This document shows positions 27,412 to 36,808 of a stretch of 64,000 nt of DNA, one piece after another. Made by a program: the position numbers and the translations under genes. The notes under the pieces are model-generated. The model searched no databases and had not been told where the DNA came from. It saw nothing but the letters and a program-made list of their open reading frames with translations. Every line of letters begins with the position of its first letter. Positions within the stretch are counted from its first letter, which is position 1. This DNA is from an uncultured Oscillospiraceae bacterium (GTDB taxonomy: Bacteria > Bacillota > Clostridia > Oscillospirales > Oscillospiraceae): assembly GCA_949494735.1 (NCBI GenBank), contig CATABD010000002.1:11814-75813 (forward strand). The letters are read 5' to 3'.

Positions 27412-27609
27412 TCAACCAATAGTAGCGTTCAGCTTGTCCAAAAGGGTATCTACATCCACACCGTGAACCATACAGGCTTGCTCCACAGTCTCCCCACGGG
27501 AGGAGGGGCAGCCCAGGCAATGCATGCCAATGGATAAAAAAATTGGGGCGGTGTCGGGCGCGATATCCAGAATATCGCCGATGATGGTATCTTTTGTTAT
27601 CTGAGCCAT
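27412..27609 (-). CDS. DUF1858-domain protein
   Basis: ITKDTIIGD, GMHCLGCP, ETVEQACMVHG. Confidence 0.9.
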   Translation of the reverse strand: MAQITKDTIIGDILDIAPDTAPIFLSIGMHCLGCPSSRGETVEQACMVHGVDVDTLLDKLNATIG

Positions 27610-27720
27610 GTCGGGATAGCCTCCTTGCAGTTTTTGTCGAACAAATATAGTATACCCAATGCAGCTTCAGTTTGCAAGTGTTTTTTGTAGAAAAGAAACT
27701 CCATTTGGTGTATGACTATG

Positions 27721-27764
27721 CTGCACAGGCCCTGAACTGGTAAAACAGTTCAGGGCCTGTGCAG
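27721..27764. terminator. Long hairpin downstream of the feo operon
   Basis: CTGCACAGGCCCTGAACTG-GTAAAA-CAGTTCAGGGCCTGTGCAG. Confidence 0.7.
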
Positions 27765-27805
27765 ATAATCTTGTAGCAAAAAAATTCTCTCTTGCCCCCG
27801 TCCTC

Positions 27806-27967
27806 CTATTGTTTTACATGATCGCCGAAATGGCATCTGCTGCAAGCGGCGCAATTGCTGGCGCACAATCCCCGGTCTTTGCGGGATTTCCACAAGGACC
27901 GGGCAGCCAGAATCACAACAACTGCCAACACCACTATCACAATGAGATTTCCCAATAAAGCAGGCAT
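27806..27967 (-). CDS. FeoB-associated Cys-rich membrane protein (not in ORF track)
   Basis: MPALLGNLIVIVVLAVVVILAARSLWKSRKDRGLCASNCAACSRCH...; GGAGG RBS. Confidence 0.85.
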   Translation of the reverse strand: MPALLGNLIVIVVLAVVVILAARSLWKSRKDRGLCASNCAACSRCHFGDHVKQ

Positions 27968-27992
27968 CTTCAAATACTTCCTCCCAAGCCTA

Positions 27993-30203
27993 TTATTTTA
28001 TCTTAGTATCTACAGAACTCATCCGACGGAACCGTTTCTCATCCTGATATCCTTTGCGAAGCAGGAGATAGAAGACAGCAACCAGGGCCGTCAAGGCTAC
28101 CACAGTCCACAAGTTAAACCTTACAGCGCCTGCAAACAAACCACCCAGTTGATATACAATCATTGCGGACATATAAGCGAACAGGCACATATAGCCGATG
28201 GCGGCAGCGGTCCATTTTGCATGATTCATTTCCCGCTTGATGGCCCCCATAGCGGCAAAGCACGGCGCGCACAAAAGATTAAAAATCATAAAAGAGTAGG
28301 ACGAAAGAGGCCCGAAGTCGGCCCCCGCAAGGGCCCATATCTTTTCTCCGTTCTCGCCGGGCTCCCCCAAAAAGTGGTAGAGCGTACCGAGTGTCCCCAC
28401 CACATTCTCCTTGGCGATAAGGCCGGTAAAGGAGGCCACTGTAGCTTTCCAAGCCATGTCCCCTGTCCACCCCAGCGGATAGAAAACCCACGCAATTGCG
28501 TTGCCGATAGCGGCCAACAGGGAACTGCCATTGTCCTCTACTGCCTGCAACCTGCCGCCCACAAAGCCGTAACCCTGGAGAAACCAGAGAACGATGGTGG
28601 ACAGGAGTATTACCGTGCCGGCCCGCTTGATAAATGACCAGCCCCGTTCCCAGGCGGCCCGCAGAACATTATTGGCAGACGGCATGTGATAAGCGGGCAG
28701 TTCCATGACAAAAGGAGACGGTTCCCCGGCAAAGGCTTTAGATTTCTTGAGTATGATGCCGGATATCACCACCGCCGTGATTCCGATGAAAAAGGCAGAT
28801 GCCGCTACCCAAGGAGAACCTCCGAACACGGCCCCTGCAAATAATCCGATGATGGGCATTTTTGCGCTGCACGGGATAAAGCAAGTGGTCATAATGGTCA
28901 TTTTCCGATCCCGATCCTGTTCTATGGTCCGGGATGCCATAATGCCTGGTACACCGCAGCCGGTAGCTACCAACATCGGGATAAAAGACTTGCCCGATAG
29001 GCCGAAGCGGCGGAAGATGCGGTCCATGATAAAGGCAATGCGGGCCATATAGCCGCAGTCCTCCAAAATGGCCAGCAATAGGAACAGTACCAGCAGCTGC
29101 GGGACAAAGCCCAGGACGGCGCCAACGCCACCGATGATGCCATCTACAATAAGTCCATAGAGCCAGGAGCCTTCGGCCACACTCAGGACGTTCAGGATGC
29201 TGTCCGCCCAGTTGGGAACCCACTCGCCAAAGAAAATATCATTTGCCCAGTCGGTGGCAAATGTACCTATGGCGAAGCCGCCGTCTGTGATGGACGTTCC
29301 CATGGCAATGGAATAGATCAGAACCATAACCGCAGCGAAAATGGGCATAGCCAAAATCCGATTGGTGACAATCTGATCAATTTTGTCAGAGACGGAGCGC
29401 CTGTGTTCGCCGGACTTCTTTTTCACCGATTTGGACACAACATTACTGATATAGGAATACCTCTGGTTGGTGATGATACTCTCGGCGTCATCATCCAACT
29501 CCTTCTCACAGTCAGCGATACGTTCCTCCATATGGGCTTTCAAACCGGCAGAAACATTCAGTGCCTCCAGCGCCTTCTCGTCGCGCTCAAATATTTTGAT
29601 AGCGTACCAGCGCAGGTAGCTATCGTCCACCTTGCCTTGGATAGACTCCTCTATGCGGGCAATGGCGTGTTCCACTCTGCTGGTGAATATATGGGGCAGT
29701 TCCCCGGCCCTGTGGGTCTGGGCCAGTGTCACGGCCTTTTGGGCCGCTTCCATGCCGCCCTCACCCTTCAATGCACTCATTTCCACTACCTCACAGCCAA
29801 GTGTGCTCCCCAGCTTGATGACGTCGATGACATCGCCGTTTTTTTGAACCAGATCCATCATGTTTACCGCCACCACCACAGGTATGCCCAGCTCAATGAG
29901 CTGAGTTGTTAAATACAGATTGCGCTCAATATTGGTTCCGTCCACGACATTGAGGATGGCATCCGGCTTCTCCTTGACCAGATAATCCCTGGCCACAACC
30001 TCCTCCAAAGTGTACGGGGACAGAGAATAAATACCGGGGAGATCCTGAATGACCACATCCTTGCGGCCTTTTAACCATCCCTCTTTTTTCTCCACTGTGA
30101 CACCCGGCCAGTTGCCCACATGCTGGCTGGAACCGGTCAGCGAATTGAATAATGTCGTTTTACCGCAGTTTGGATTGCCCGCCAAAGCAATTTTGATGCC
30201 CAT
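27993..30203 (-). CDS. feoB: Ferrous iron transporter FeoB
   Basis: GNPNCGKT, VGNWPGVTVE, DLPG; TM domain with FVMELP. Confidence 0.97.
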   Translation of the reverse strand: MGIKIALAGNPNCGKTTLFNSLTGSSQHVGNWPGVTVEKKEGWLKGRKDVVIQDLPGIYSLSPYTLEEVVARDYLVKEKPDAILNVVDGTNIERNLYLTTQLIELGIPVVVAVNMMDLVQKNGDVIDVIKLGSTLGCEVVEMSALKGEGGMEAAQKAVTLAQTHRAGELPHIFTSRVEHAIARIEESIQGKVDDSYLRWYAIKIFERDEKALEALNVSAGLKAHMEERIADCEKELDDDAESIITNQRYSYISNVVSKSVKKKSGEHRRSVSDKIDQIVTNRILAMPIFAAVMVLIYSIAMGTSITDGGFAIGTFATDWANDIFFGEWVPNWADSILNVLSVAEGSWLYGLIVDGIIGGVGAVLGFVPQLLVLFLLLAILEDCGYMARIAFIMDRIFRRFGLSGKSFIPMLVATGCGVPGIMASRTIEQDRDRKMTIMTTCFIPCSAKMPIIGLFAGAVFGGSPWVAASAFFIGITAVVISGIILKKSKAFAGEPSPFVMELPAYHMPSANNVLRAAWERGWSFIKRAGTVILLSTIVLWFLQGYGFVGGRLQAVEDNGSSLLAAIGNAIAWVFYPLGWTGDMAWKATVASFTGLIAKENVVGTLGTLYHFLGEPGENGEKIWALAGADFGPLSSYSFMIFNLLCAPCFAAMGAIKREMNHAKWTAAAIGYMCLFAYMSAMIVYQLGGLFAGAVRFNLWTVVALTALVAVFYLLLRKGYQDEKRFRRMSSVDTKIK

Positions 30204-30223
30204 CAGATTAACTCCTTTCTGCT

Positions 30224-30239
30224 GTTAGCTTTAACTAAC
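30224..30239. promoter_or_regulatory. Putative DtxR/MntR-family operator upstream of feoB
   Basis: GTTAG-CTTTAA-CTAAC palindrome, repeated at 30772. Confidence 0.65.
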
Positions 30240-30289
30240 TTCTAGTGTAAATGACAGCGGCATTCCGCCGCGCTTAAATTGCTGTTACT

Positions 30290-30511
30290 TTACACAACCT
30301 CAATCATCTCTGCGTCGTCCTTGCGGATAGAAAGCTCATAGCCCCGGACATTCACCTCCATAGGATCGCCTAAAGGGGCCACCTTTCGCACAAAGATTTC
30401 AGTGCCTGTGGTAATCCCCATATCCATGATGCGGCGCTTTACCGACCCTTCCCCATGAAGTTTCGCCACGGCAACTATCTGGCCTGCTTTTACATCCTTC
30501 AGCGTAATCAT
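30290..30511 (-). CDS. feoA: FeoA
   Basis: RRIMDMG, APLGDP, LSIRK. Confidence 0.95.
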   Translation of the reverse strand: MITLKDVKAGQIVAVAKLHGEGSVKRRIMDMGITTGTEIFVRKVAPLGDPMEVNVRGYELSIRKDDAEMIEVV

Positions 30512-30535
30512 TTTGCATGCCTCCCTTATGTCTTC

Positions 30536-30748
30536 TTAAACCATAATACGGTTTGCCATCGTTTTGTCCAGCGCAATCCGGCTGTCTTTCACCTGTACAA
30601 TCAGGTTTCCCGCGGTCTTGCTCACCACTGTCACGTTACCGTTCACTACAAAGCCCAGCCCAGTTAAATGCCGGCGCATCTCGTCCCTGCCGGATAACTT
30701 GCGGATCAAGGCCGCATCCCCCGCCTTTGCCATTGTAAGCGGTATCAT
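30536..30748 (-). CDS. feoA: FeoA-family protein
   Basis: HLTGLGF, VKDSRIAL. Confidence 0.9.
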   Translation of the reverse strand: MIPLTMAKAGDAALIRKLSGRDEMRRHLTGLGFVVNGNVTVVSKTAGNLIVQVKDSRIALDKTMANRIMV

Positions 30749-30771
30749 TTCTTTACCTCCTTCCCGATGTC

Positions 30772-30819
30772 GTTAGCCTTACCTAACTAATTGACAAGCA
30801 AAGTTTACCACCGCTAACT
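30772..30819. promoter_or_regulatory. Putative DtxR/MntR-family operators at the feo promoter
   Basis: GTTAG-CCTTAC-CTAAC (30772-30787) and a degenerate copy near 30803-30818. Confidence 0.65.
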
Positions 30820-30984
30820 AGAAATGTCAACCCCTCAAATAAATGGAAGCAACTGCCTTACGCAAAAGATTTATGCTTTCTCTTATGGGCAAGGCCAGAG
30901 ATTTACATATTGTTCATTTTTTTGAGTATTTTTTTCAGGGCTGGTTCAGCTTCCTGTGCTAAAGTTTTTTACGGAAAGGACGTG

Positions 30985-31665
30985 ATGAAAGTGGCCCAAT
31001 ACCGGCACGAGTGGAAGCATGAGATTAACCTGGCTGACCGGCTTGCTCTCCGGGCGAGGCTGGGAGCGGTGTGCCAGACCGACAGCTACGCTGTGGAAGG
31101 GGTGTATCAGATCAGGAGCCTCTATTTCGATACCCCTTTGGATAAGGCCCTCCGGGAAAAGGTCGATGGGATCAACCGAAGAGAAAAGTTTCGCATCCGA
31201 TACTACAATTTGGATCCTTCCCTTATCCACCTGGAGAAAAAGAGTAAGTGGGACGGCTTGGGGACAAAATCTGTGGCGGCGCTGTCTGCCGCCGAAGCCC
31301 AGGCAATCGTGGACGGGGAGTTGAGCTGGATGCCGGGCAGCGGCAGGCCGCTGGTGCAGGAACTGTATAGTAAAATGAAAGCTCAGGGCCTTCGGCCCCG
31401 CACCATCGTGGATTACACCCGGGAGCCTTTCATCTATTGCCCAGGGAATGTGCGCGTGACCCTGGACTACAACATCCGAACAGGATTGGGCCGCACTGAT
31501 TTTTTGAACCCAGGTTGTCCTACTATCCCGGCGGGAGAAAACGTCACTATCTTGGAAGTCAAGTGGGACGCGTTCCTCCCTGACATCATCCGGGACGCAG
31601 TGCAGTTGAAGGGACGGCGGGCCACCGCTTTTTCCAAGTACGCCCAATGCCGTATTTATGATTGA
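30985..31665 (+). CDS. VTC-domain (polyphosphate polymerase-like, CYTH) protein
   Basis: RHEWK, SLYFDT, KFRIRYY, RVTLD, LEVK, FSKY. Confidence 0.9.
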   Translation: MKVAQYRHEWKHEINLADRLALRARLGAVCQTDSYAVEGVYQIRSLYFDTPLDKALREKVDGINRREKFRIRYYNLDPSLIHLEKKSKWDGLGTKSVAALSAAEAQAIVDGELSWMPGSGRPLVQELYSKMKAQGLRPRTIVDYTREPFIYCPGNVRVTLDYNIRTGLGRTDFLNPGCPTIPAGENVTILEVKWDAFLPDIIRDAVQLKGRRATAFSKYAQCRIYD

Positions 31666-31684
31666 AAAAAAGGAGGAACCTACC

Positions 31685-32356
31685 ATGACGTTTCAAGACA
31701 TATTTAAATCTAAGTTTTTGGAAAATGTAACCAGCGTCAGCTTGCTGGACATGACGTTAGCCCTGGTGCTTGCCTTTTGCATTGGGCTATTTATTTTTAT
31801 GGTCTATAAAAAGACCTTTTCCGGTGTGCTGTACTCGTCCGGCTTTGGCGTAACCCTGGTGGCCCTTACCATGATCACAACCATGGTAATCCTGGCCGTC
31901 ACCAGCAATGTGGTACTGTCTCTCGGCATGGTGGGCGCACTGTCTATCGTCCGGTTTCGTACCGCCATTAAAGAGCCGCTGGACATCGCATTTTTGTTCT
32001 GGGCCATTGCCGTGGGCATCGTACTGGCAGCGGGGATGATCCCCCTGGCCGTCATTGGAAGCGCAGTAATCGGTGTAATTCTGCTGGTATTTGTCAACAG
32101 GAAATCATATGAAAACCCTTATATTTTGATCCTCCAGTGTGACGGCCAGGCGGCTGAGGTTTCGGCCACAACATTTCTAAATAATCATACCAAGCGTTGT
32201 GTCACAAAAAGCAAAACCGTACAGCAGGGAACAGTTGAGCTGAACCTGGAAGTTCGGCTCCTTGATGGCAACACCGATTTTGTCAATTCGCTGGCAGGGA
32301 TGGAGGGTGTTCGCAGCGCTGTGCTGGTGAGCTACAACGGCGAATACATGGGGTGA
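31685..32356 (+). CDS. DUF4956 membrane protein
   Basis: SLGMVGALSIVRFRTAIKEP. Confidence 0.9.
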   Translation: MTFQDIFKSKFLENVTSVSLLDMTLALVLAFCIGLFIFMVYKKTFSGVLYSSGFGVTLVALTMITTMVILAVTSNVVLSLGMVGALSIVRFRTAIKEPLDIAFLFWAIAVGIVLAAGMIPLAVIGSAVIGVILLVFVNRKSYENPYILILQCDGQAAEVSATTFLNNHTKRCVTKSKTVQQGTVELNLEVRLLDGNTDFVNSLAGMEGVRSAVLVSYNGEYMG

Positions 32357-32360
32357 GGCT

Positions 32361-34136
32361 ATGTCTACCCACAAAAATATAGACCGAATATGTGTCATCG
32401 CCGTTGTGGCCTCACTGCTCATCACCCTTCTATTTATGAACGGTGAGGCCCTGGGCCTCCAGCCCGCATCCCAGGCCATGGGCTACGAGGCAAAGCTGTT
32501 TGACACAACAAAGGTACATACTATAGAGATTGTCATGGATGATTGGGACGGTTTTCTGGAATCCTGCGAAAATGAGGAATATGTGGCTTGTTCAGTCCTC
32601 ATTGACAGCGATGCCTACAAAAACGTAGGCATCCGGGCAAAGGGCAATACGTCCCTCTCCACTGTATCACAAATGGGCAGCGACCGGTACAGCTTCAAAA
32701 TTGAATTTGACCAGTATGACAGGGGCAAAACTTACTACGGCCTGGATAAATTGTGCCTGAATAACCTGATTCAGGACAACACCATGATGAAGGACTACCT
32801 CACCTACCAGCTGATGGCGCAGTTCGGCGTGGCCGCTCCACTGTGCAGCTACGTGTGGATCACCGTCAATGGGGAGGATTGGGGGCTGTACCTGGCGGTG
32901 GAGGGCGTAGAGGACGCGTTCCTCCGGCGCAATTACGGCCGGGATCACGGCGAGCTTTATAAACCTGACAATATGGGATTCGGCGGGGGCCGAGGCAACG
33001 GCCGAGATTTTGACATGGACAATTTTATGAATCGCAATGACACAGAACAGGATAACGGCCGTCCTGGCGGTATGCGGCCTTCGGAGCAGCAGGCTGGTAT
33101 GCCGGAGGAATTTAAGCCCTCCTCCTTTGGGGGCCGGTTTTCTGATGCGGGCGGGAGCGAAAACACGCCGCAGAATGGCTTTGACCCCGTTTTCCCTCCT
33201 GATGGACAGGTTCCCGGCCAGAAATCACCGCCGGATAGTTTTGATCCATCGGAGCTGTTTGGCGGAGGCAGTCCCAGCGGAAGCTTTGATTTTGGCGGGA
33301 TGTTCGGCGGCATGGGCTCCGGTGATGTAAAACTGCAATATATAGATGACGACCCAGACAGCTACCCCAACATTTTCGACAATGCCAAGTCCGATGCGAC
33401 CGCTGCCGACCAAGCCCGGCTCATCCAGGCGCTGAAGGTGTTGAGCGACGGAGATGTTGAAACCGCATTGAACATTGACCAGGTTTTGCGCTATTTTGTC
33501 GTTCACAACTTTGTGGTTAATGGGGACAGCTATACTGGCTCTATGGTGCACAACTACTACCTCTATGAGGAGGATGGGCGTCTGGCAATGGTTCCTTGGG
33601 ATTACAACTTGGCATTCGGCACCTTCCAGGGGAATGATGCATCCGGGGCAGTAAACGATCCCATTGATTCCCCATTGTCTGTTACTGGGAACGGCGACCG
33701 GCCCATGGCAGATTGGATATTGGCCAGCGAGGAGCACACTCAGCTGTATCACCAGTATTTCCAACAATTTTTGGATAGTGCCGACTGGGCCGCTTTTATT
33801 GAAGAGGCGTACAGCCTGATCGCTCCCTATGTAGAACGGGATCCCACCAAGTTCTGCTCCTATGAGGAATTTGAAGTGGGAGTGGAAGTGCTGAAAACCT
33901 TCTGCAAGCTCCGAACTCAAAGCGTATCCGGTCAGCTTACGGGAGCTATTCCCTCCACCAAAGAGGGCCAATCCCTGGATAAAACCACCCTGGTGGATAC
34001 CGGGACGCTCAACCTGTCTGACATGGGCACAATGAGTAACGGCGGCCCTAAAGGCGACCGCGAATTTTCAGGAAATCCTTCCAAGCCGCAAACAGCGGCA
34101 CAAGGAGAACAATATCCTCAAGTTGGAACATCTTGA
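32361..34136 (+). CDS. CotH-kinase-family protein with Gly/Pro-rich insert
   Basis: GIRAKGNTS, SFKIEFD, GLYLAVE, HNYYLY, PWDYNLAFG. Confidence 0.9.
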   Translation: MSTHKNIDRICVIAVVASLLITLLFMNGEALGLQPASQAMGYEAKLFDTTKVHTIEIVMDDWDGFLESCENEEYVACSVLIDSDAYKNVGIRAKGNTSLSTVSQMGSDRYSFKIEFDQYDRGKTYYGLDKLCLNNLIQDNTMMKDYLTYQLMAQFGVAAPLCSYVWITVNGEDWGLYLAVEGVEDAFLRRNYGRDHGELYKPDNMGFGGGRGNGRDFDMDNFMNRNDTEQDNGRPGGMRPSEQQAGMPEEFKPSSFGGRFSDAGGSENTPQNGFDPVFPPDGQVPGQKSPPDSFDPSELFGGGSPSGSFDFGGMFGGMGSGDVKLQYIDDDPDSYPNIFDNAKSDATAADQARLIQALKVLSDGDVETALNIDQVLRYFVVHNFVVNGDSYTGSMVHNYYLYEEDGRLAMVPWDYNLAFGTFQGNDASGAVNDPIDSPLSVTGNGDRPMADWILASEEHTQLYHQYFQQFLDSADWAAFIEEAYSLIAPYVERDPTKFCSYEEFEVGVEVLKTFCKLRTQSVSGQLTGAIPSTKEGQSLDKTTLVDTGTLNLSDMGTMSNGGPKGDREFSGNPSKPQTAAQGEQYPQVGTS

Positions 34137-34324
34137 GCTGAAACCCCTTTCTGAATAAGCGCAACCTTTTCCACTTTTTCAGCTCTGCAAAACGGCGGTG
34201 CAGCCTGTGCAAAATGGCACAGGCCGCACCGCCGTGCGCCATATACGTGAAAGGGGATAGCGTCAATTCGACGCAGCGGTACCTTTAAAAATCTGGTACG
34301 GGTCAGCAAGGGTTAAACAGACAT

Positions 34325-34358
34325 AACCCCCGTGGAACTGTACAGTTCCACGGGGGTT
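34325..34358. terminator. Perfect 34-bp palindrome downstream of the tRNA fragment
   Basis: AACCCCCGTGGAACTGT/ACAGTTCCACGGGGGTT. Confidence 0.75.
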
Positions 34359-34360
34359 GG

Positions 34361-34383
34361 TGGCAGCGGATGAAGGATTCGAA
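34361..34383 (-). other. tRNA 3'-end fragment (att site, possibly tRNA-Gln)
   Basis: TTCGAATCCTTC-ATCCGCT-G-CCA; the 5' strand of the T-stem is absent. Confidence 0.75.
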
Positions 34384-34639
34384 TTGTGCTGGGGATGGTT
34401 TGGACTGTGTTGTCTAATGCCGTCATATCCCTCAACCCGTTGCAGCCACTGGCTTTTTCAAGAAAATCAGTTTATCACGTGTTAGGGTGTGTTGGCCGAT
34501 ACTGCCGCGGTAAGGGTCGGGTAAGGGTCAAAACTATTGAGAAATCAACTGATATATTCCTTACTTTTTCCTAATTTGTGCTTGTTCATTTTTGCTGTGC
34601 TGGCGGTTTTATTCCTTTGGTGGGGCAAACCGCATCTAC

Positions 34640-36808
34640 TTACTTTTTGATCTGCTGAAGTACCCCATTCAGCGCCCTGACCTGCTCCGGCTTGATGGCC
34701 GGGCCCGCCTGCTTGAGCAGGCTCTCCAGCGTCATCCCCGCCATCATCTTCTCCAGGTTGGCGTTACCCGCTGCGGCCTGGGCCACGTCTCCCCGACTGG
34801 CCCGGGCCTGATCCATCATCCGGCCCACGATGGTCCCGGCCTTGGGATGGGCCAGCAGCTCGCCCAGGGTGTCCCGGATGGAGAAGCAGTCCGGCGTAAG
34901 CTCCTCCTTGTCAAACCAGTTGACGATCTCCGCCTTCTGAAACTGGTACGCCGGGTCGGGCGTAGCCGCCTTCCGCACGCAGATGGCGTCCCGGCACTCC
35001 CCGGCCGCCGCCTCAATGGTATGCTCTCCACTGATAGGCACCTGGAAGGTAAACACGGTTTTTCCCGTTTGGGTGGCGAAGGGCTTGCCGTCCACATACA
35101 CGCTCACCGCGCCCAGATTGGAGTACACCTTCACCTCGGTGACCTCCTCCGTCCGGTTCACGTACCGGCTCCCGCACAGGTGGACGAAGGGCTCACGGCT
35201 CCACGCCGCCTTGTAGAGGTAAAACGCGTCCTTTCGGGTTTTGCGGTCAAAGGTCACCAGTCCCTTCTGGTTTTCGCCCTGCTTGCCGCCCTCGTCCCGG
35301 CCGTCGGCAGCAAAGTCGAACAGGTTCCACACATGGGTGGCCCACAGCCAAGGCCGCGCCTCGATGAGCTTCAAAATGTGCTCGTGGTAGACGCACTGGT
35401 ACTGTTCGGAGTAGTCGCCCCGCTCCGGGGCGGCGGTCTGGAACTGAGGGTTGGCGTCCGCACCGTACTCGGAGAAGCCCATGGGGCGGTGGGGATACTT
35501 GGCGTGGTAGGCGTCAAAGAATTCGTCATTCTGCTCCAAGCTGCCCAGATACCACCCGAAATACAGGTTGTAGCTGTTCACGTCCGGGATATCCAGAATG
35601 GGGCTGTCCGTCTCCAGCATGAACACATCGGCCATGGCGGTGGGTCGGGTGGGGTCGAGGCGGTGGCACAGCTCGTTCAGCGCCCGGTGGTTGTCCAGCA
35701 TATCCTCCGTCACCGCGCCGCTGGCGGTGATCTCGTTACTCAGGCCCCACACCGCGATGGAAGGATGGTTATAACACTGGGTCACCAGCTCCCGCATCTG
35801 GGACAGGGTGTTCTCACGCCCGCCCTCCATGTGCTGGGTGATGTAGGGGATCTCCGCCCACACCACGAGGCCGTTTTCATCGCACAGGTCGTAAAACTCC
35901 TGGGCGTGCTGGTAGTGGGCCAGCCGGACGGTGTTGGCGCCGATCTCCCGGATGAACGCCATATCCTCCCGGTGCTGAGCCAGGGTGATGGCATTGCCCA
36001 GCCCCTTGCGGTCCTGGTGCCGGGACACGCCACGGAGGGGATAGGAGCGCCCATTGAGGAAGAACCCTTTCTGCGGGTCGATCTCGAACTTCCGGCAGCC
36101 GAACCGGGCGGAGACCTCGTCCCCGCTGTCCAGCTTGGCGGCGGCGGTGTAGAGATGCGGGTTGTCCAGCCCATCCCACAGCCGGACGTTTTCAATGACA
36201 AACTCCGCCTGGGCATGACCGTCCACAGAGGAGACGGCTTTGGTCTCGCCGTTGACGGTGAAGGACACCGTACCGCCGTTCTGCCACGTCTCCACCGTGA
36301 CGGCGGCGGTTTTCCGCTCTAAATCCACGATAGGCGTGACCTTGATACCGGGAGTGCCGTCCCTGCACAACTCAAAGTGCGTGGCGGGAACGGTAATCAG
36401 ATTTACATCCCGGTACAGCCCGCCATAGAAGGTGAAGTCGGCTTTCTGGGGGTACACCCGCCCGTTGGCTGAGTTGTCTACCTCTACCATCAGCACGTTT
36501 TCGTTCGCCAGGGCGTCGGTGATATCCACCCGGAAGGTGGAAAACCCGCCCTCGTGGTGGGCCAGCTTTTGGCCGTTCAGGGACACGTCCGCCGTCATGG
36601 CCGCGCCTAAAAAATCCAGCACAGCCCGCCCGCCTTCCTCCAGCGCGGGCCGGGGGAAAGTCTTCTCGTAGTGGGCCGTCCCCCGCCAGTAGTCGTTGCC
36701 GCCGTCCTGGCCGTCAACGGCGTTCCAGGTGTGGGGCAGGGTGACGGGCTTTGTCTCGCCGTTCTGGGTAAAGCTCCACCCGGCGTTGAAATTTTGAATG
36801 CTTCTCAT
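34640..36808 (-). CDS. GH2 glycoside hydrolase (beta-galactosidase-like)
   Basis: LPHTWN, YGGLYR, GVSRHQD, RLAHYQH, WGLSNE, SEYGA. Confidence 0.93.
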   Translation of the reverse strand: MRSIQNFNAGWSFTQNGETKPVTLPHTWNAVDGQDGGNDYWRGTAHYEKTFPRPALEEGGRAVLDFLGAAMTADVSLNGQKLAHHEGGFSTFRVDITDALANENVLMVEVDNSANGRVYPQKADFTFYGGLYRDVNLITVPATHFELCRDGTPGIKVTPIVDLERKTAAVTVETWQNGGTVSFTVNGETKAVSSVDGHAQAEFVIENVRLWDGLDNPHLYTAAAKLDSGDEVSARFGCRKFEIDPQKGFFLNGRSYPLRGVSRHQDRKGLGNAITLAQHREDMAFIREIGANTVRLAHYQHAQEFYDLCDENGLVVWAEIPYITQHMEGGRENTLSQMRELVTQCYNHPSIAVWGLSNEITASGAVTEDMLDNHRALNELCHRLDPTRPTAMADVFMLETDSPILDIPDVNSYNLYFGWYLGSLEQNDEFFDAYHAKYPHRPMGFSEYGADANPQFQTAAPERGDYSEQYQCVYHEHILKLIEARPWLWATHVWNLFDFAADGRDEGGKQGENQKGLVTFDRKTRKDAFYLYKAAWSREPFVHLCGSRYVNRTEEVTEVKVYSNLGAVSVYVDGKPFATQTGKTVFTFQVPISGEHTIEAAAGECRDAICVRKAATPDPAYQFQKAEIVNWFDKEELTPDCFSIRDTLGELLAHPKAGTIVGRMMDQARASRGDVAQAAAGNANLEKMMAGMTLESLLKQAGPAIKPEQVRALNGVLQQIKK

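Noticed and set aside
3686-34358. Hairpins at 3686, 27721 and 34325 as a REP-like repeat family
   Set aside because: They share only short cores (CCCTGAA or GAACTG) and each sits at a terminator position.
34361-34440. Intact tRNA gene
   Set aside because: Only the T-loop and 3' acceptor strand are present; upstream sequence cannot form the cloverleaf.
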